Assembly (NCBI GenBank): GCA_951406725.2
Contig: OX597837.1
Location: 11,098,001 to 11,162,000, forward strand
Direction: 5' to 3'
From: Octopus vulgaris
Taxonomy: Eukaryota
Length of the DNA stretch: 64,000 bases
Part shown: piece after piece, positions 52,170 through 64,000 of the stretch
Layout: every line of letters begins with the position of its first letter
Numbering within the stretch: position 1 is the stretch's first letter
Notes under the pieces: model-generated
Seen by the model: the letters and a program-made list of their open reading frames with translations, nothing else
Database searches by the model: none
Told to the model about the DNA's origin: nothing
Position numbers and translations under genes: made by a program

Positions 52170-52580
52170 GTACTCTTTACTCTCTTTACTCATTTACTTG
52201 TTTCAGTGTTTCAGTCATTTGACTGCGGCCATGCTGGAGCACCGCCTTTAGTCGAGCAAATCGACCCCGGGACTTATTCTTTGTAAGCCCAGTACTTATT
52301 CTATCGGTCTCTTTTGCCGAACCGCTAAGTGACGAGGACGTAAACACACCAGCATCGGTTGTCAAGCAATGCTAGGGGGACAAACAAACACACACACACA
52401 AACGCACACACATACACATATATACATATATATACATATATACGACGGGCTTCTCTCAGTTTCCGTCTACCAAATCCACTCACAAGGCATTGGTCGGCCC
52501 GGAGCTATAGCAGAAGACACTTGCTCAAGATGCCACGCAGTGGGACTGAACCCGGAGCCATGTGGTTGGTTAGCAAGCTG
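52170..52580 (-). mobile_element. SINE B
   Basis: Collinear with 10350-10760. Confidence 0.9.
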
Positions 52581-53768
52581 GAGAGAGAGAAAGAGAGAGC
52601 TGTCCTGATTAGGACGGTGCTACTACCATTTTTAGCTCCAGGAAAACATCATTTTCATCTTGCTATCGACGCTCAACTGTCCCTTTAAAAAAAAATTTGC
52701 CCAGTTTCATTGAAACAGTTAATTGTGGAACACCCTGCATGGTGTGGCGTTGTTAGTTGCGTTGCTCGAGTAAATATTAAAATCAAAGTTCTTCTCGCCG
52801 TAAACCTCCCATCCTTTTGTTAAGCATAGTCTATCAAGGAGTATATTATCCAAAATGTATCTTTCCTTTATAGGCGTGGCTGTATGGTTGAGAAGCTTGC
52901 TTTCCAACCATGTCGCCTTGGGTTCAGTCCCACTGTGCAGCACGTTGGGCAATTCTTTTTCATTACAGCTCAGTGCCGACGAAATCCTTGGGTATTATAT
53001 AATTGCTATTCCGGTATTGATATATAAAATAACACACACAACTCATTATTATCATGCAATAAACAAACAGAAGTTCATGTATGAAATTGATCTTTTTCTA
53101 CTCCAATTATTACATGCCTTTTTTTCTTATAAAATACACACACACAGGAGGAGTAAATCTCTCTATATATTAACGCTTTGAAAGAGTAAAAGTAATTACC
53201 CGATCAACGACGGGTACCATGTGCTAGTATATGTATGTATATATATATGTGTGTGTGTGTATGTGTGTGTGTATGTGTGTGCGCGCGTGTGTGTATAGAT
53301 GTATAGTAGAAATGTATATACATAAATATACATTCATGCCCGTATATATATATATATATATATGAATGTATCTGTACATATACATTCGCCCAGAGACAAG
53401 AACATGGAAACTTTGAGACATGCATACGAGTGACGTAATTGTACGTCATGCGCATATATATATGTGTGTGCATGTGTGTGTGTTTATGGGTGGGTGGGCA
53501 GCAGAGGAGGGCTGCAATATGTATGTCTTCATCTCTAAAGCAGCAATGCACACGTTATACCATTTAACAAAAGGATAGATTCTTTAGAAATGTTTAATTG
53601 TTCAAATTATTTACATTGTTAGCGATATTGGATCAATTGGTACAGGAAAGAACGGGGGGGGGGTGAAGTGTTTATTGATTAACGACAGGTGCAAATGTAG
53701 AATGGGTTGTGATGTTTTGTTGTGTATACATTTGTTTGTTTGTTTGTATCTCTCTCTTTCTCTCTTTG

Positions 53769-53848
<80 letters not shown>

Positions 53849-53931
53849 TGTATATGTACTCACAATATTTCACTCATGCATTTGTCAAAACATGATCACT
53901 TAATATAAACACACAAGCAGAATAAAACACA

Positions 53932-53980
<49 letters not shown>

Positions 53981-54072
53981 GTTTGTGTGTGTGTGTGTGT
54001 GTGTATCTATGTGTGTATGTATATATATATATACATACATTATATATATATATGTATATATATGTGTATGTA

Positions 54073-54112
<40 letters not shown>

Positions 54113-54423
54113 GAATAAATACACACACACGGTGTGGGTGGGTGTATGTGTGTGTGGGTGTATGTGTGAGTGCATTCCTATATACTTAATTGTTCATCTA
54201 TGTATATATGTATACATATATATTCATACATGTATATATGTATGTATGTGTCTCTACATGTAAATGCAGCCAGATACTATGTCATGGAAATATAAAACAT
54301 GCATATAAATGACGTTACCTTACATCATGCGCATATATGTGCACACACACACACACACATATATATATTCTTTTATTCTTTTACTTGTTTCAGTCATTAG
54401 ACTGCGGCCACTTTGGCGCACCG

Positions 54424-54455
<32 letters not shown>

Positions 54456-54461
<6 letters not shown>

Positions 54462-54990
54462 TTTTGGCTGCTCTTTCTAGTGAGTCGAATGTCCTATATG
54501 GCCATTCCTTATATTGTTGAATGTATATTATATAGTCTTTGACTATTTTTTTCTTTCTCACTAGACCGCTGGTAGCGTAAAATTTTTTCTGGAATTTTTT
54601 GCTACCCTTATATTTATTAATTAATGATTTTTTGGTTAATTTTGAAATTAAATCAGCAGTTTATATTTGCTGCTGAGTAGACCGCGCGATTGCGGTAAGA
54701 TTTGAAAATTTAGAGCATATGGACTGGAGGCTTCTTTACCATAGCCTCGTGGACATATACTCGTCCTAGGCTCTCTGCTGACGAGGCACGCCAGATGTAA
54801 ATGAATTTAATTTAATTTAATTAATTCATTTGCCAAAGTTTTGCCGAAACTATGCATAGTCCAAAGATGAAAGGGGTAAACGTTTTTATTTCTCTTTCTA
54901 TTTCAGAATTACAACTATTTAGCGGTATGAGTTTTGGCTGCTCTTTCTAGTGAGTCGAATGTCCTATATGGCCATTCCTTATATTGTTGA

Positions 54991-54998
<8 letters not shown>
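54456..54998 (+). mobile_element. 470-bp-period hammerhead-containing unit with 73-bp terminal direct repeats in (TA)n (retrozyme/PLE pLTR-like)
   Basis: 54456-54528 and 54926-54998 differ at one base; hammerhead at 54773-54866; (TA)n on both sides. Confidence 0.8.
54773..54866 (+). ncRNA. Type I hammerhead ribozyme with palindromic stem III
   Basis: ctctg-CTGACGA-GGCA...TGCC-GAAAC-tatgcata-GTC-caaag; ACTATGCATAGT palindrome; internal hairpin gtaaatgaatt/aattcatttgc. Confidence 0.85.
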
Positions 54999-55045
<47 letters not shown>

Positions 55046-55099
55046 CGGTGCGCAAAGTTCGAATCTTTTTCAACGTTCAAAATGGAATTCCGAACCATT

Positions 55100-56600
55100 T
55101 AGTAGGGAGGGAATGTTCCCCAGTTAGATCATCCACCTTTTTTAACTGTTGGTTCTGTCATGGCTGAGTATAATTTTACAATTAATCAGTATTCTCTATA
55201 GCAATTTTTTTGTTTACTTTTAATGATTTTGTGAGAGCGGAGAATTTCATTCATCTTACGGTCTCTACTGAACATTGGAAAATTTCGAATAAAAGTGTTA
55301 TATGCCACATTCTTCCTGGTGTTGTGGGTAGATATTATAGGGTAGTATTTTTTAAATCATGTGTGGTATTTAGTTTTACTTTCCTTCATAATTCTCTTGG
55401 TATGTTATATCCCATCATCCTTTAGTGAAAGTAGATAATGTCTCTTCGCGTATGTCTCTCAGATCATGAAGTTGTAGGTCCCGGTTACTTTTATTAGACA
55501 CTACTGTGCAAATCCTTTTCACTAAATTGAAGGGGAATATTTATGTTTATGTGTTTCAGGTGGCATAAGCTGGATAACAGGTATTGCTTGGAGACTATGG
55601 TTTTATAATCGATGTAAGTTTCAATTTATTTACTGACTTGTTAAAATATCAAGAAATGGAAGTTTGTCCTTTCTGTGTTCCATAGTGAATTGAATGTTAG
55701 TATTTAAATCATTGAGCAAGATTTTAAATTCGAATAGTTTATCAGTACTTTCATTCCAAAGGATAAAGCCGTCATCCAGATATTTATCCCAATTCTCTCT
55801 TATATATTGGTAAAAGAGGTATGATTTTTGTAGTAGTGAGTCTTGATATACATTAAGTTCTAAATATCCCATTACTAGGTTAGCAAGAACTAGGGGTGTT
55901 TTTGTTCCCATCGCAATTCCGCATCTGTCTATAGTATTATATTTTATATCAAACATGAAGTAATTATTCTGAATGATACATTTTAATACTGAAATTATAA
56001 ATTCCTTGTTTGTACGCCCTGGTATTTCTTTTGCATAGTTTTCGAACCAAGATTTGAGTGCTTCATTCCATAGTCATGTGGGGTGCAAGTATATTGGTTC
56101 ACAACATCAAAGAATACCATAATTGTTTGACCGTTGATTGTTTTCGGGAAGTGGTTTAGCATATCTAAATCGTCTCTAATAAAGCTTTTGATATATTTTT
56201 GAAAGGATGTCAATAGGATATCCAGGAAGTTGCTTTAGCGGTGGGTTTCACACGATTCGCCAGCTATAATCGGTCTTAATTTTAAATGTCTTGGAGAATG
56301 ATATTGATGTATATATATGACAGACGATACTTTACTGGCTTCATTAATCACCTGTCTTCTGTGGAATTATTGGTAAGCTATAGAAAAGAAGGGGTTTGCA
56401 TATGAAATTTGTTCAATAACCAATTTCTCCAATTGTCAGAATGTTTCCATGTAAGTGAAGTAAAGAGAAGAGATGTTTCGTTATTTCCTGCATTTTAAGG
56501 TTTCCAATCTTTTCTTAATGGTAATCGTTTTCTAGCATGGACAGTGCACAACTGCATTCAAATTATTGGTTTCTTCATCTGGCAATTCTTTATCATTTCA
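55100..56600 (-). pseudogene. Penelope-like element reverse transcriptase remnant
   Basis: LKLRPIIAG, SFIRDDLDML, FFDVVNQYT, GIAMGTK..LANLVMGYLE, KYLDDGF, IQFTME..LPFLDI; multiple frameshifts. Confidence 0.9.
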
Positions 56601-57056
56601 CATTTCAGTTACATTTACCCATTCAGTAGTTCTAGGATTCGAGTTAATTCGTCGGAAGAGTAATGCGCCAACCCATTCAAAGTTAGCCTTAAAAGAAATG
56701 ATAAAAATATTTACCGACCTCGATCACGGCCTTCACATACTTCTTGTAGAAGACTCCAACTTCCTTAATGTCGAATGGCTTTACTGCTGCCTTTTGTGAG
56801 GTATACCACTCCAGAAACAGAGGCAAGAAGAATTTTCAAGAAACAACTCGACCTCCTGCTCTCCAAAGTCTCAAACTAGCGTACACCACAGCAAGAAACG
56901 CAAAACAGGGCAGCAGTACTGAACACACCCACTCCTCACCAAAAGTCAATCGTAAAAGAATATCCATTGAAAAGGTGATAATACTGACTCTGCCCCAGTA
57001 TGGCCGCAGCCTTTGGCTGTAACACATGGCAGAATAACAGAATGTGTGTATATAAT

Positions 57057-57250
57057 AGGCGCAGGAGAGGCTGTATGGTAAAAAGCTTGCTTACCAGCCA
57101 CATGGTTCCGGGTTCAGTCCCACTGCGTGGCACCTTGGGCAAGTGTCTACTACTATAGCCTCGGGCTGACCAAAGCCTTGTGAGTGGATTTGGTAGACGG
57201 AAACTGAAAGAAACCCGTCGTATATATGTATGTATATATATATGTATGTA

Positions 57251-57301
<51 letters not shown>

Positions 57302-57480
57302 GTTTGTGTGACTGTGTTTGTCTCCCAATATCGCTTGACCACCGATGCTGGTGTATTTACATCACTGTCGGCCCGAGGCTATAACAGAAGACACTTTACC
57401 AAGGTGCCACGCAGTAGGACTGAATCCGGAACCATGTGGTTGGGAAGCAAGCTTCTTACCACACAGCCACTCCAGCGCCT
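57057..57480. mobile_element. Two inverted SINE B copies (+ 57057-57360; - 57367-57480)
   Basis: catggttccgggttcagtcccactgcgtggcaccttgg versus ccaaggtgccacgcagtaggactgaatccggaaccatg. Confidence 0.9.
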
Positions 57481-57875
57481 AATTAAATTAATTAATTATG
57501 CTTTACTATATGTTTATTGGGTAAAGTGAGATACTGTAGTTAGGCTAGTTTAGCAATTTTGTTCGGTTAGTTGTACAACTTTAGACTGGCTAAGTCTAGC
57601 GAAAACTTATGTCAACAAACATAAAGAAATGTAAAAAAATTCCATTTTTTTGAAGTTGCTTATATTCATTTTGTCTCCGCCAGCGGAAAAACAGTAATAA
57701 ATTTGAAACCACATTCGCTTGTTTTCATATGGTTGCATAAAACATAACATTGAGATTGATGAAATGACTTAGAAAAACATTGCAGACCACACACGTGCGC
57801 GTGCGTGAACACATACACACATACACACGTGCATGCACACACATATGTATGGACATATATGTATGTATATATATA

Positions 57876-58002
<127 letters not shown>

Positions 58003-58377
58003 GTATATATGTATGTATATATATATATATAAACATCTACATATATGTACGTATTTACGTATGTATGTGCGTTACACTACCACACATAAACACATACACA
58101 CACACACATGTATATATATATATATATATACATATTAGAACTGCGTATCACAGACACAAGTAATATGTGTGTATACGTATGTATATATATCAATATATAC
58201 GTGTGCGTGTGTATGTGTGCGTGTGTATGTGTGCGTGTGTATGTGTGCGTGTGTATGTGTGCGTGTGAGCGCGTATGGCTAACACTCTTCTCTCTCTATA
58301 TATATATGTACGTATACGTACATAAATATCCATCTGTATGCATTTACACATACATACGTATAAATACACACATACAC

Positions 58378-58473
<96 letters not shown>

Positions 58474-58494
58474 GTCTGTCTATCTATCTGTCTG

Positions 58495-58580
<86 letters not shown>

Positions 58581-58621
58581 CATCTATCTATCTATCTATC
58601 TATCTATCTGTGTGTCTATCC
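58378..58621. repeat. (TCTA)n microsatellite
   Basis: Directly visible. Confidence 0.97.
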
Positions 58622-59540
58622 ATCTTTCAAGGGAGGAATTGACCCCTAGGGGCAGTTTCAAACTTATTTACATTTCTATTTTCTTCGATTTCCTTGCCAT
58701 ATTTCTAAGCAAATATGGCTAAGCGAAACGATGATGCCGACTTCCCGCCTCTACCAATGCTAGAGGTGAAGGAAGCTGAAAGCAAAGCCGTTCCGCGTGA
58801 ACGCACACAGGCCTTAGAAGGCACGAATGATTCTGCTACTATAATCACTGGCTCTACCCCTGCTACCACCACTACCGCCATCACCACCACAACCAACACA
58901 AATACCGAAAACAATTTTGTCGAAGCTCTAAAGTTAAAGAAAATAGTCGTGTGCTTTTCCAAAGAAGAACTGCTCGCCTGTAAAGCAATGTTAAAAAAAA
59001 ATGTCCTCAGCATACAACTACAGACATCACAAAACATCACGGAAAAAAAATTCCAGGACACTCAACCTAAAAACAAGGCTATACGAAAAGGCCACTCAAG
59101 AAAATGTTGAAAAATGTTTAAGGCCTATATGGGCCTTTAAAGACTACATCACGAGGGGAAACAGATTTGCCACGATCGAAGTTCGATTCGACAGTGAAGA
59201 AAGCCCAGGTCTTCTCCACAAAGTCCTTCCATTTTGAAAATTTACTGATGATCCCTACATACCTTGGCTGTAGGGTCACAATAATTAAAATAAAGAACGT
59301 GCCTCCTGAAATAGGAAATAAAATGGCTCGTGTCCGCCATTTGCTATGACATCGAGGACGAAATCTATATCCTGGAAATCGCTGTCTCTCGTGGACCAGC
59401 AAAACTGGATTGGCTAAGAAATCGAAATCCTTGCTCAAATTAATCCGATGATTTTCGAAAAAATTCCATATCGAATCCAATTGAGAGAGGATTCGAGTTT
59501 ACATGTGGTGGTCGAAGGCAGAAAGCCACGTTGCTACGTT
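58622..59540 (+). pseudogene. Probable Tx1-like LINE 5' UTR and frameshifted ORF1
   Basis: ATG at 58715; RGNRFATIEVRFDSEE, IPTYLGCRVTIIKIKNVPPEI, ending LHVVVEGRKPRCY (start of a zinc knuckle); begins directly after (TCTA)n. Confidence 0.68.
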
Positions 59541-59584
59541 ATTATTATTTTAAAAAGTTTGGTACATATTCAATCGGCCCCTTT

Positions 59585-59659
59585 TAAGAACCGCTAAGTT
59601 ACGGGGTCGTAAACAGACCAACAGCAGATGTTAAGCAGCACTAGAAGACAAACACAAAG

Positions 59660-59700
<41 letters not shown>

Positions 59701-59865
59701 CGAAGAGCCTCTTTCAGTTTCCTTTTATTAATTCCATTCATAAGGTTTTGGTCGGGCCGTGGCTAGAGTAGAAGACACTTGCCCAAGGTGCCACGCAGTG
59801 GGACTGAACACAGAATAATGTGGTTCGGAAGCCAACTTCTCAGTCATATCGCCATTCGTGCGCCT
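59585..59865 (-). mobile_element. Degenerate SINE B
   Basis: gaagacacttgcccaaggtgccacgcagtgggactgaac. Confidence 0.82.
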
Positions 59866-60614
59866 ACTGGAAAGGATATAAAATTAAGTAATAAATGTAT
59901 AGAAAAAATATTGGGAAAATATTGGAAAAATATTATTGAAAATATAATGTAACATCGAGAACGTTAAGGTATTAAAAAATTATAAACTTTTAACGATAAA
60001 AATTATAAAAAATAAGAAATGTAAGAAAAAAATGTAAAATAAATGTAGAGGCTAGAAGAAAGCATAAAATGAAGAACAGGAAAAAAGCAGTCAGACATGA
60101 GGGAGTTAAAGACTAAAATTAGATACTGTTGGATATATCGGTGAAAAAGATATTTAATACAGAAAATGACTCGAGTGAATAAATTAAGATGGCGGACAAT
60201 GACGGGGAAGACGGTGAATGGAACAAACGAAGAGGGTCGTTGACCACAACAGCAGAATCTTTGTGGTATTTTTATCTTTTACTAGTTTCAATCATTGGAC
60301 TGCGACCATGCTGAGGGACAGACATCCTTCTAGGGTTTTAGTCGAACAAATCTCGACTCCCAGTACTTTTGTCTTTTTTTTTTTAATTTTTTTTTAAAAT
60401 TGAAGTCTTGTTCTTTTTCTGTTGGTTTATTATGACAAACAGCTAAGTGACGGAGACGTAAACAGACCGACACCGGTTGTCAAGTGGTCGGGCTGTGTGA
60501 TAAACACAGACACAGACACACACGTAGACATATATACATACATATATGTTATATGTTATATATATATATGTGTGCGTGTGCATATATCTATCTATATGTA
60601 AGTATGTATGTATG

Positions 60615-60654
<40 letters not shown>

Positions 60655-60852
60655 TGTGTGTGTGTGAGTGCGCGTGTGTATATGTATATATATTGCTTAT
60701 AGTACTTTAATGTGGCTGTCCTGTAAGAGACGACGACACTGCCATTTAACCCCAAGAAGATATCGCATCCGATATTTATTGCAAGCGGGATACACACACG
60801 CGCGCGCACACACATCTATTTACATAATACATATTTGTGCGTGTGTGTATTA

Positions 60853-60980
60853 AGATGCCGCATGGTTTAGTGGTTAGTGTGTTACACTCATGATCGTAAG
60901 CTGTGGGTTCGATTCCCGGGCGATGCGTTGTGCTCTTAAGAAAAAGCATTTCATTTCCGTTGCTCCTGTTCACTCAGTTG
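60853..60980 (+). mobile_element. Degenerate SINE F head
   Basis: tggtttagtggttag...gggttcgattccc...tttccgttgctcctgttcactcag. Confidence 0.65.
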
Positions 60981-61524
60981 TTAAAAGTGAGCAATTGTGC
61001 GACGCACCAGCTTCCCGTCCAGGGAGGAAATATATAAGCAACAGAATTCGAAACTAACCTTTTGAGCCAATGGCTCGGGAAGGACTGCTGATCCTTTTTT
61101 GATATATGTACGTATGTATTTACGTATGTATAAGGCTTCCACACAGTTTCCGTCTACCAAATTCACTCACAAAGTATAGGTCAACTGGGCTGTAGTAAAA
61201 TGCACTTAGCCCCTTTCTAAAGAGAACAGAGAAATAATATGTGATATAAGAATAATTTGACTGCTATTTCTAGCTGGTTGAATGACCACGAAATGGGTTC
61301 CACGTTGGCCGAGGTGAGATGAATATTGACCGTACATATTTTTATTTCTATAGACTGGATTATTCTGCAAAATGACGATGAGCTAAGAGGATTAATTTTT
61401 CATTGTTTAATTCTTAGAAACTGTAAATATTTTGTGTCGTCTTAATTCGTTCAGTCATTCTTACATAATTTTACGTTTACTCTGTTAGATTTTGTTGCAG
61501 AATCTATCCATCCATCTATCTATC

Positions 61525-62144
<620 letters not shown>

Positions 62145-62199
62145 TTATCTATCTATCTATTTATCTATCTATCTATCTACATATCTATGTAATATATAT

Positions 62200-62412
62200 A
62201 TGTGACTTCTTGTGTACCGTTGGCGATTTTTTTCCCTCTGTCTTCCCTTCTCTGGATCTTTCCTTCTCCTATGTTTCCGATGAAGAGCTCCGCTCGAAAC
62301 GTTAAATCCTCCTTCTTTCCTTCTTTCCTGAGCGTCCAATAATACTATATTTGTTCCACATCCTCGCGTTGTTGTGTTTTTTTGTGCTTTCTTGTATGGA
62401 TTAAATTTAACT
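62200..62412 (+). mobile_element. PLE-type tail with CCGAUGA hammerhead (62273-62307), ending in (TA)n
   Basis: gttt-CCGATGA-a-GAGC-tcc-GCTC-GAAAC-GTT-aaat. Confidence 0.7.
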
Positions 62413-62421
62413 ATATATATA

Positions 62422-62484
<63 letters not shown>

Positions 62485-62527
62485 CAAGAGAAAGATATAT
62501 ATATATATATGTATATATATGTATATA

Positions 62528-63370
62528 CAGGCTGCGTAAGATAGTTGAGGACAGATTTATGTTTATAAAAAAAACAGATATATAATAACAGGTAATAACT
62601 TTATTTATCACAACATGCTATGAGGATAAAAATGAACCTTCTTTTCTCTAATGTTATTCAATAAAGCCACCTTCAGCTCCAACTGCTGTTTCTATAAGAG
62701 ATCTAAGTCATCTACCTGTTTGAATCAAGTGGTCCTGGTTCATTTTGGACATTACTCTGACTATGGCAGGTTTCAAAGAATCTTTGGTGTTATGGGTGCG
62801 TTCATTGACCTTTCTCTCTCAACAACGTTCCACATGTAATAGTCCAATGGATTGAGATCTGGGAAATTAGGAGGCCAAATGTTAGGGGTTATGTGATCAT
62901 GAAAATGTTCAGCTATCCATTCCTGCGTTACTAGAGCCATGTGTGATAATGCGGAGTCTTACTGAAACACCTATGGCCTTTTATTGCATTCACTGTCTAT
63001 CCAGGGCTTAACTATTATTTCCAGGACCTCAATGTAGGTAGCATAGTAAGGCCTTGTGGAAAGAAGTAAGGCGGCATCACATATCCTTCGTTGCTGACAA
63101 CCCCTAAAACCATGATAGTTGCAGGAAAATTTTGTATGTATAACACTTGGAACTTCAGAAAGGTCTGCACATAACCATCAGTCATTTCTTCTGTTAACTT
63201 ATTGATCATAATCAAAGTTTTTCTCGATTTTCAGTTTGTTTAAGAGCCTTTTAGATCTGATGTAGTGATTTTCTTTTGCTTTGTCTGACAAGTTGACCTT
63301 TTCTCGTCATATAAGACTTATATCTGGTGTCCGCGTGGACAACATTTCTGGTTGTCCCTTCTGACACATG
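62528..63370 (-). mobile_element. Tc1/mariner DD37D (maT-like) transposon remnant, 3' part
   Basis: FPATIMVLGVVSNEG, VFQ*DSALSH...WPPNFPDLNPLDYYMW with 37 residues between the two Asp; stop at 62654-56; probable terminus TA|CAGGCTG at 62526-62534. Confidence 0.88.
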
Positions 63371-63696
63371 GAAATACTAGGCTGAAGAAGGAAATATTTG
63401 AGTAAAAATAAAAATTTTACATCTCTTTAATCCAGAAACGCGTATGTGGTTAATAAAAGCTGGGTAGATTCGTTATTTTTTTCTCTTTACCTAGGTAAAA
63501 TAAGAGTATTGCTGTCTGGGAGATATCATATTGTAGAGGAATAGTATTTAACTGCTATTTCTAAATTTCGGTATGTGGTGAAGCAATTTGCTGAACCCTA
63601 ATTATAATTATGCTTATAATTATAGAATTTTTCTATAAATATATATATATGTATGTATATATATAAATATATATATATATATATGTATATATATAA

Positions 63697-63754
<58 letters not shown>

Positions 63755-63914
63755 GCATATATGTATATATATATATATGTAAATACTAAATTTACATACT
63801 AAATTTTAAGTTGAATGCTACATGAAACATCTGCAAGCATGGGAGCTGAATATAGGGAATTTTAAATAATCTATGAATAATTGAATAAATAAATTTTATA
63901 TATATATATATATA

Positions 63915-64000
63915 TATAAATAAATGAAAGAATGGAGTTGAATGACGATTTAACAAATTTCCTTTATTCTCGACATATGTTTCGAAGACTGCATATTCCT
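63915..64000 (-). mobile_element. PLE-type tail with hammerhead 3' half, runs off the window end
   Basis: Reverse complement tgcagtcttcGAAACatatGTC, homologous to 39212-39300. Confidence 0.6.

Overview
Eukaryotic, AT-rich and extremely microsatellite-dense DNA with no recognisable intact host gene. The repeat content resembles a coleoid cephalopod (Octopus-like) genome; this is an inference. Most long ORFs in the track are microsatellite artefacts. The real coding remnants are all mobile elements: several R4/Dong-clade LINE pieces in (TAA)n, Tx1/L1-clade LINE pieces (ORF1, APE, RT, 3' ends) mostly abutting (TCTA)n, Penelope-like (PLE) RT and GIY-YIG remnants with many minimal hammerhead ribozymes beside (TA)n, a TIR-complete pogo/Tc2-like element encoding only a DNA-binding protein, a DD37D (maT) remnant and a hAT-like remnant. 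There are also dozens of copies of four tRNA-derived SINE types (working names A, B, C, F). Highlights: (1) retroelement classes appear partitioned among different microsatellite targets; (2) SINE A shares its 3' tail with the (TCTA)n-associated LINE end; (3) a ~560-bp non-coding element with fixed ends (E) sits in (TAA)n in Dong polarity; (4) a 470-bp hammerhead-containing unit has terminal direct repeats (retrozyme/pLTR-like); (5) the internal TA tract of SINE B repeatedly hosts hammerhead-bearing inserts; (6) a candidate 18-nt microexon. All calls were made by eye and boundaries are approximate.
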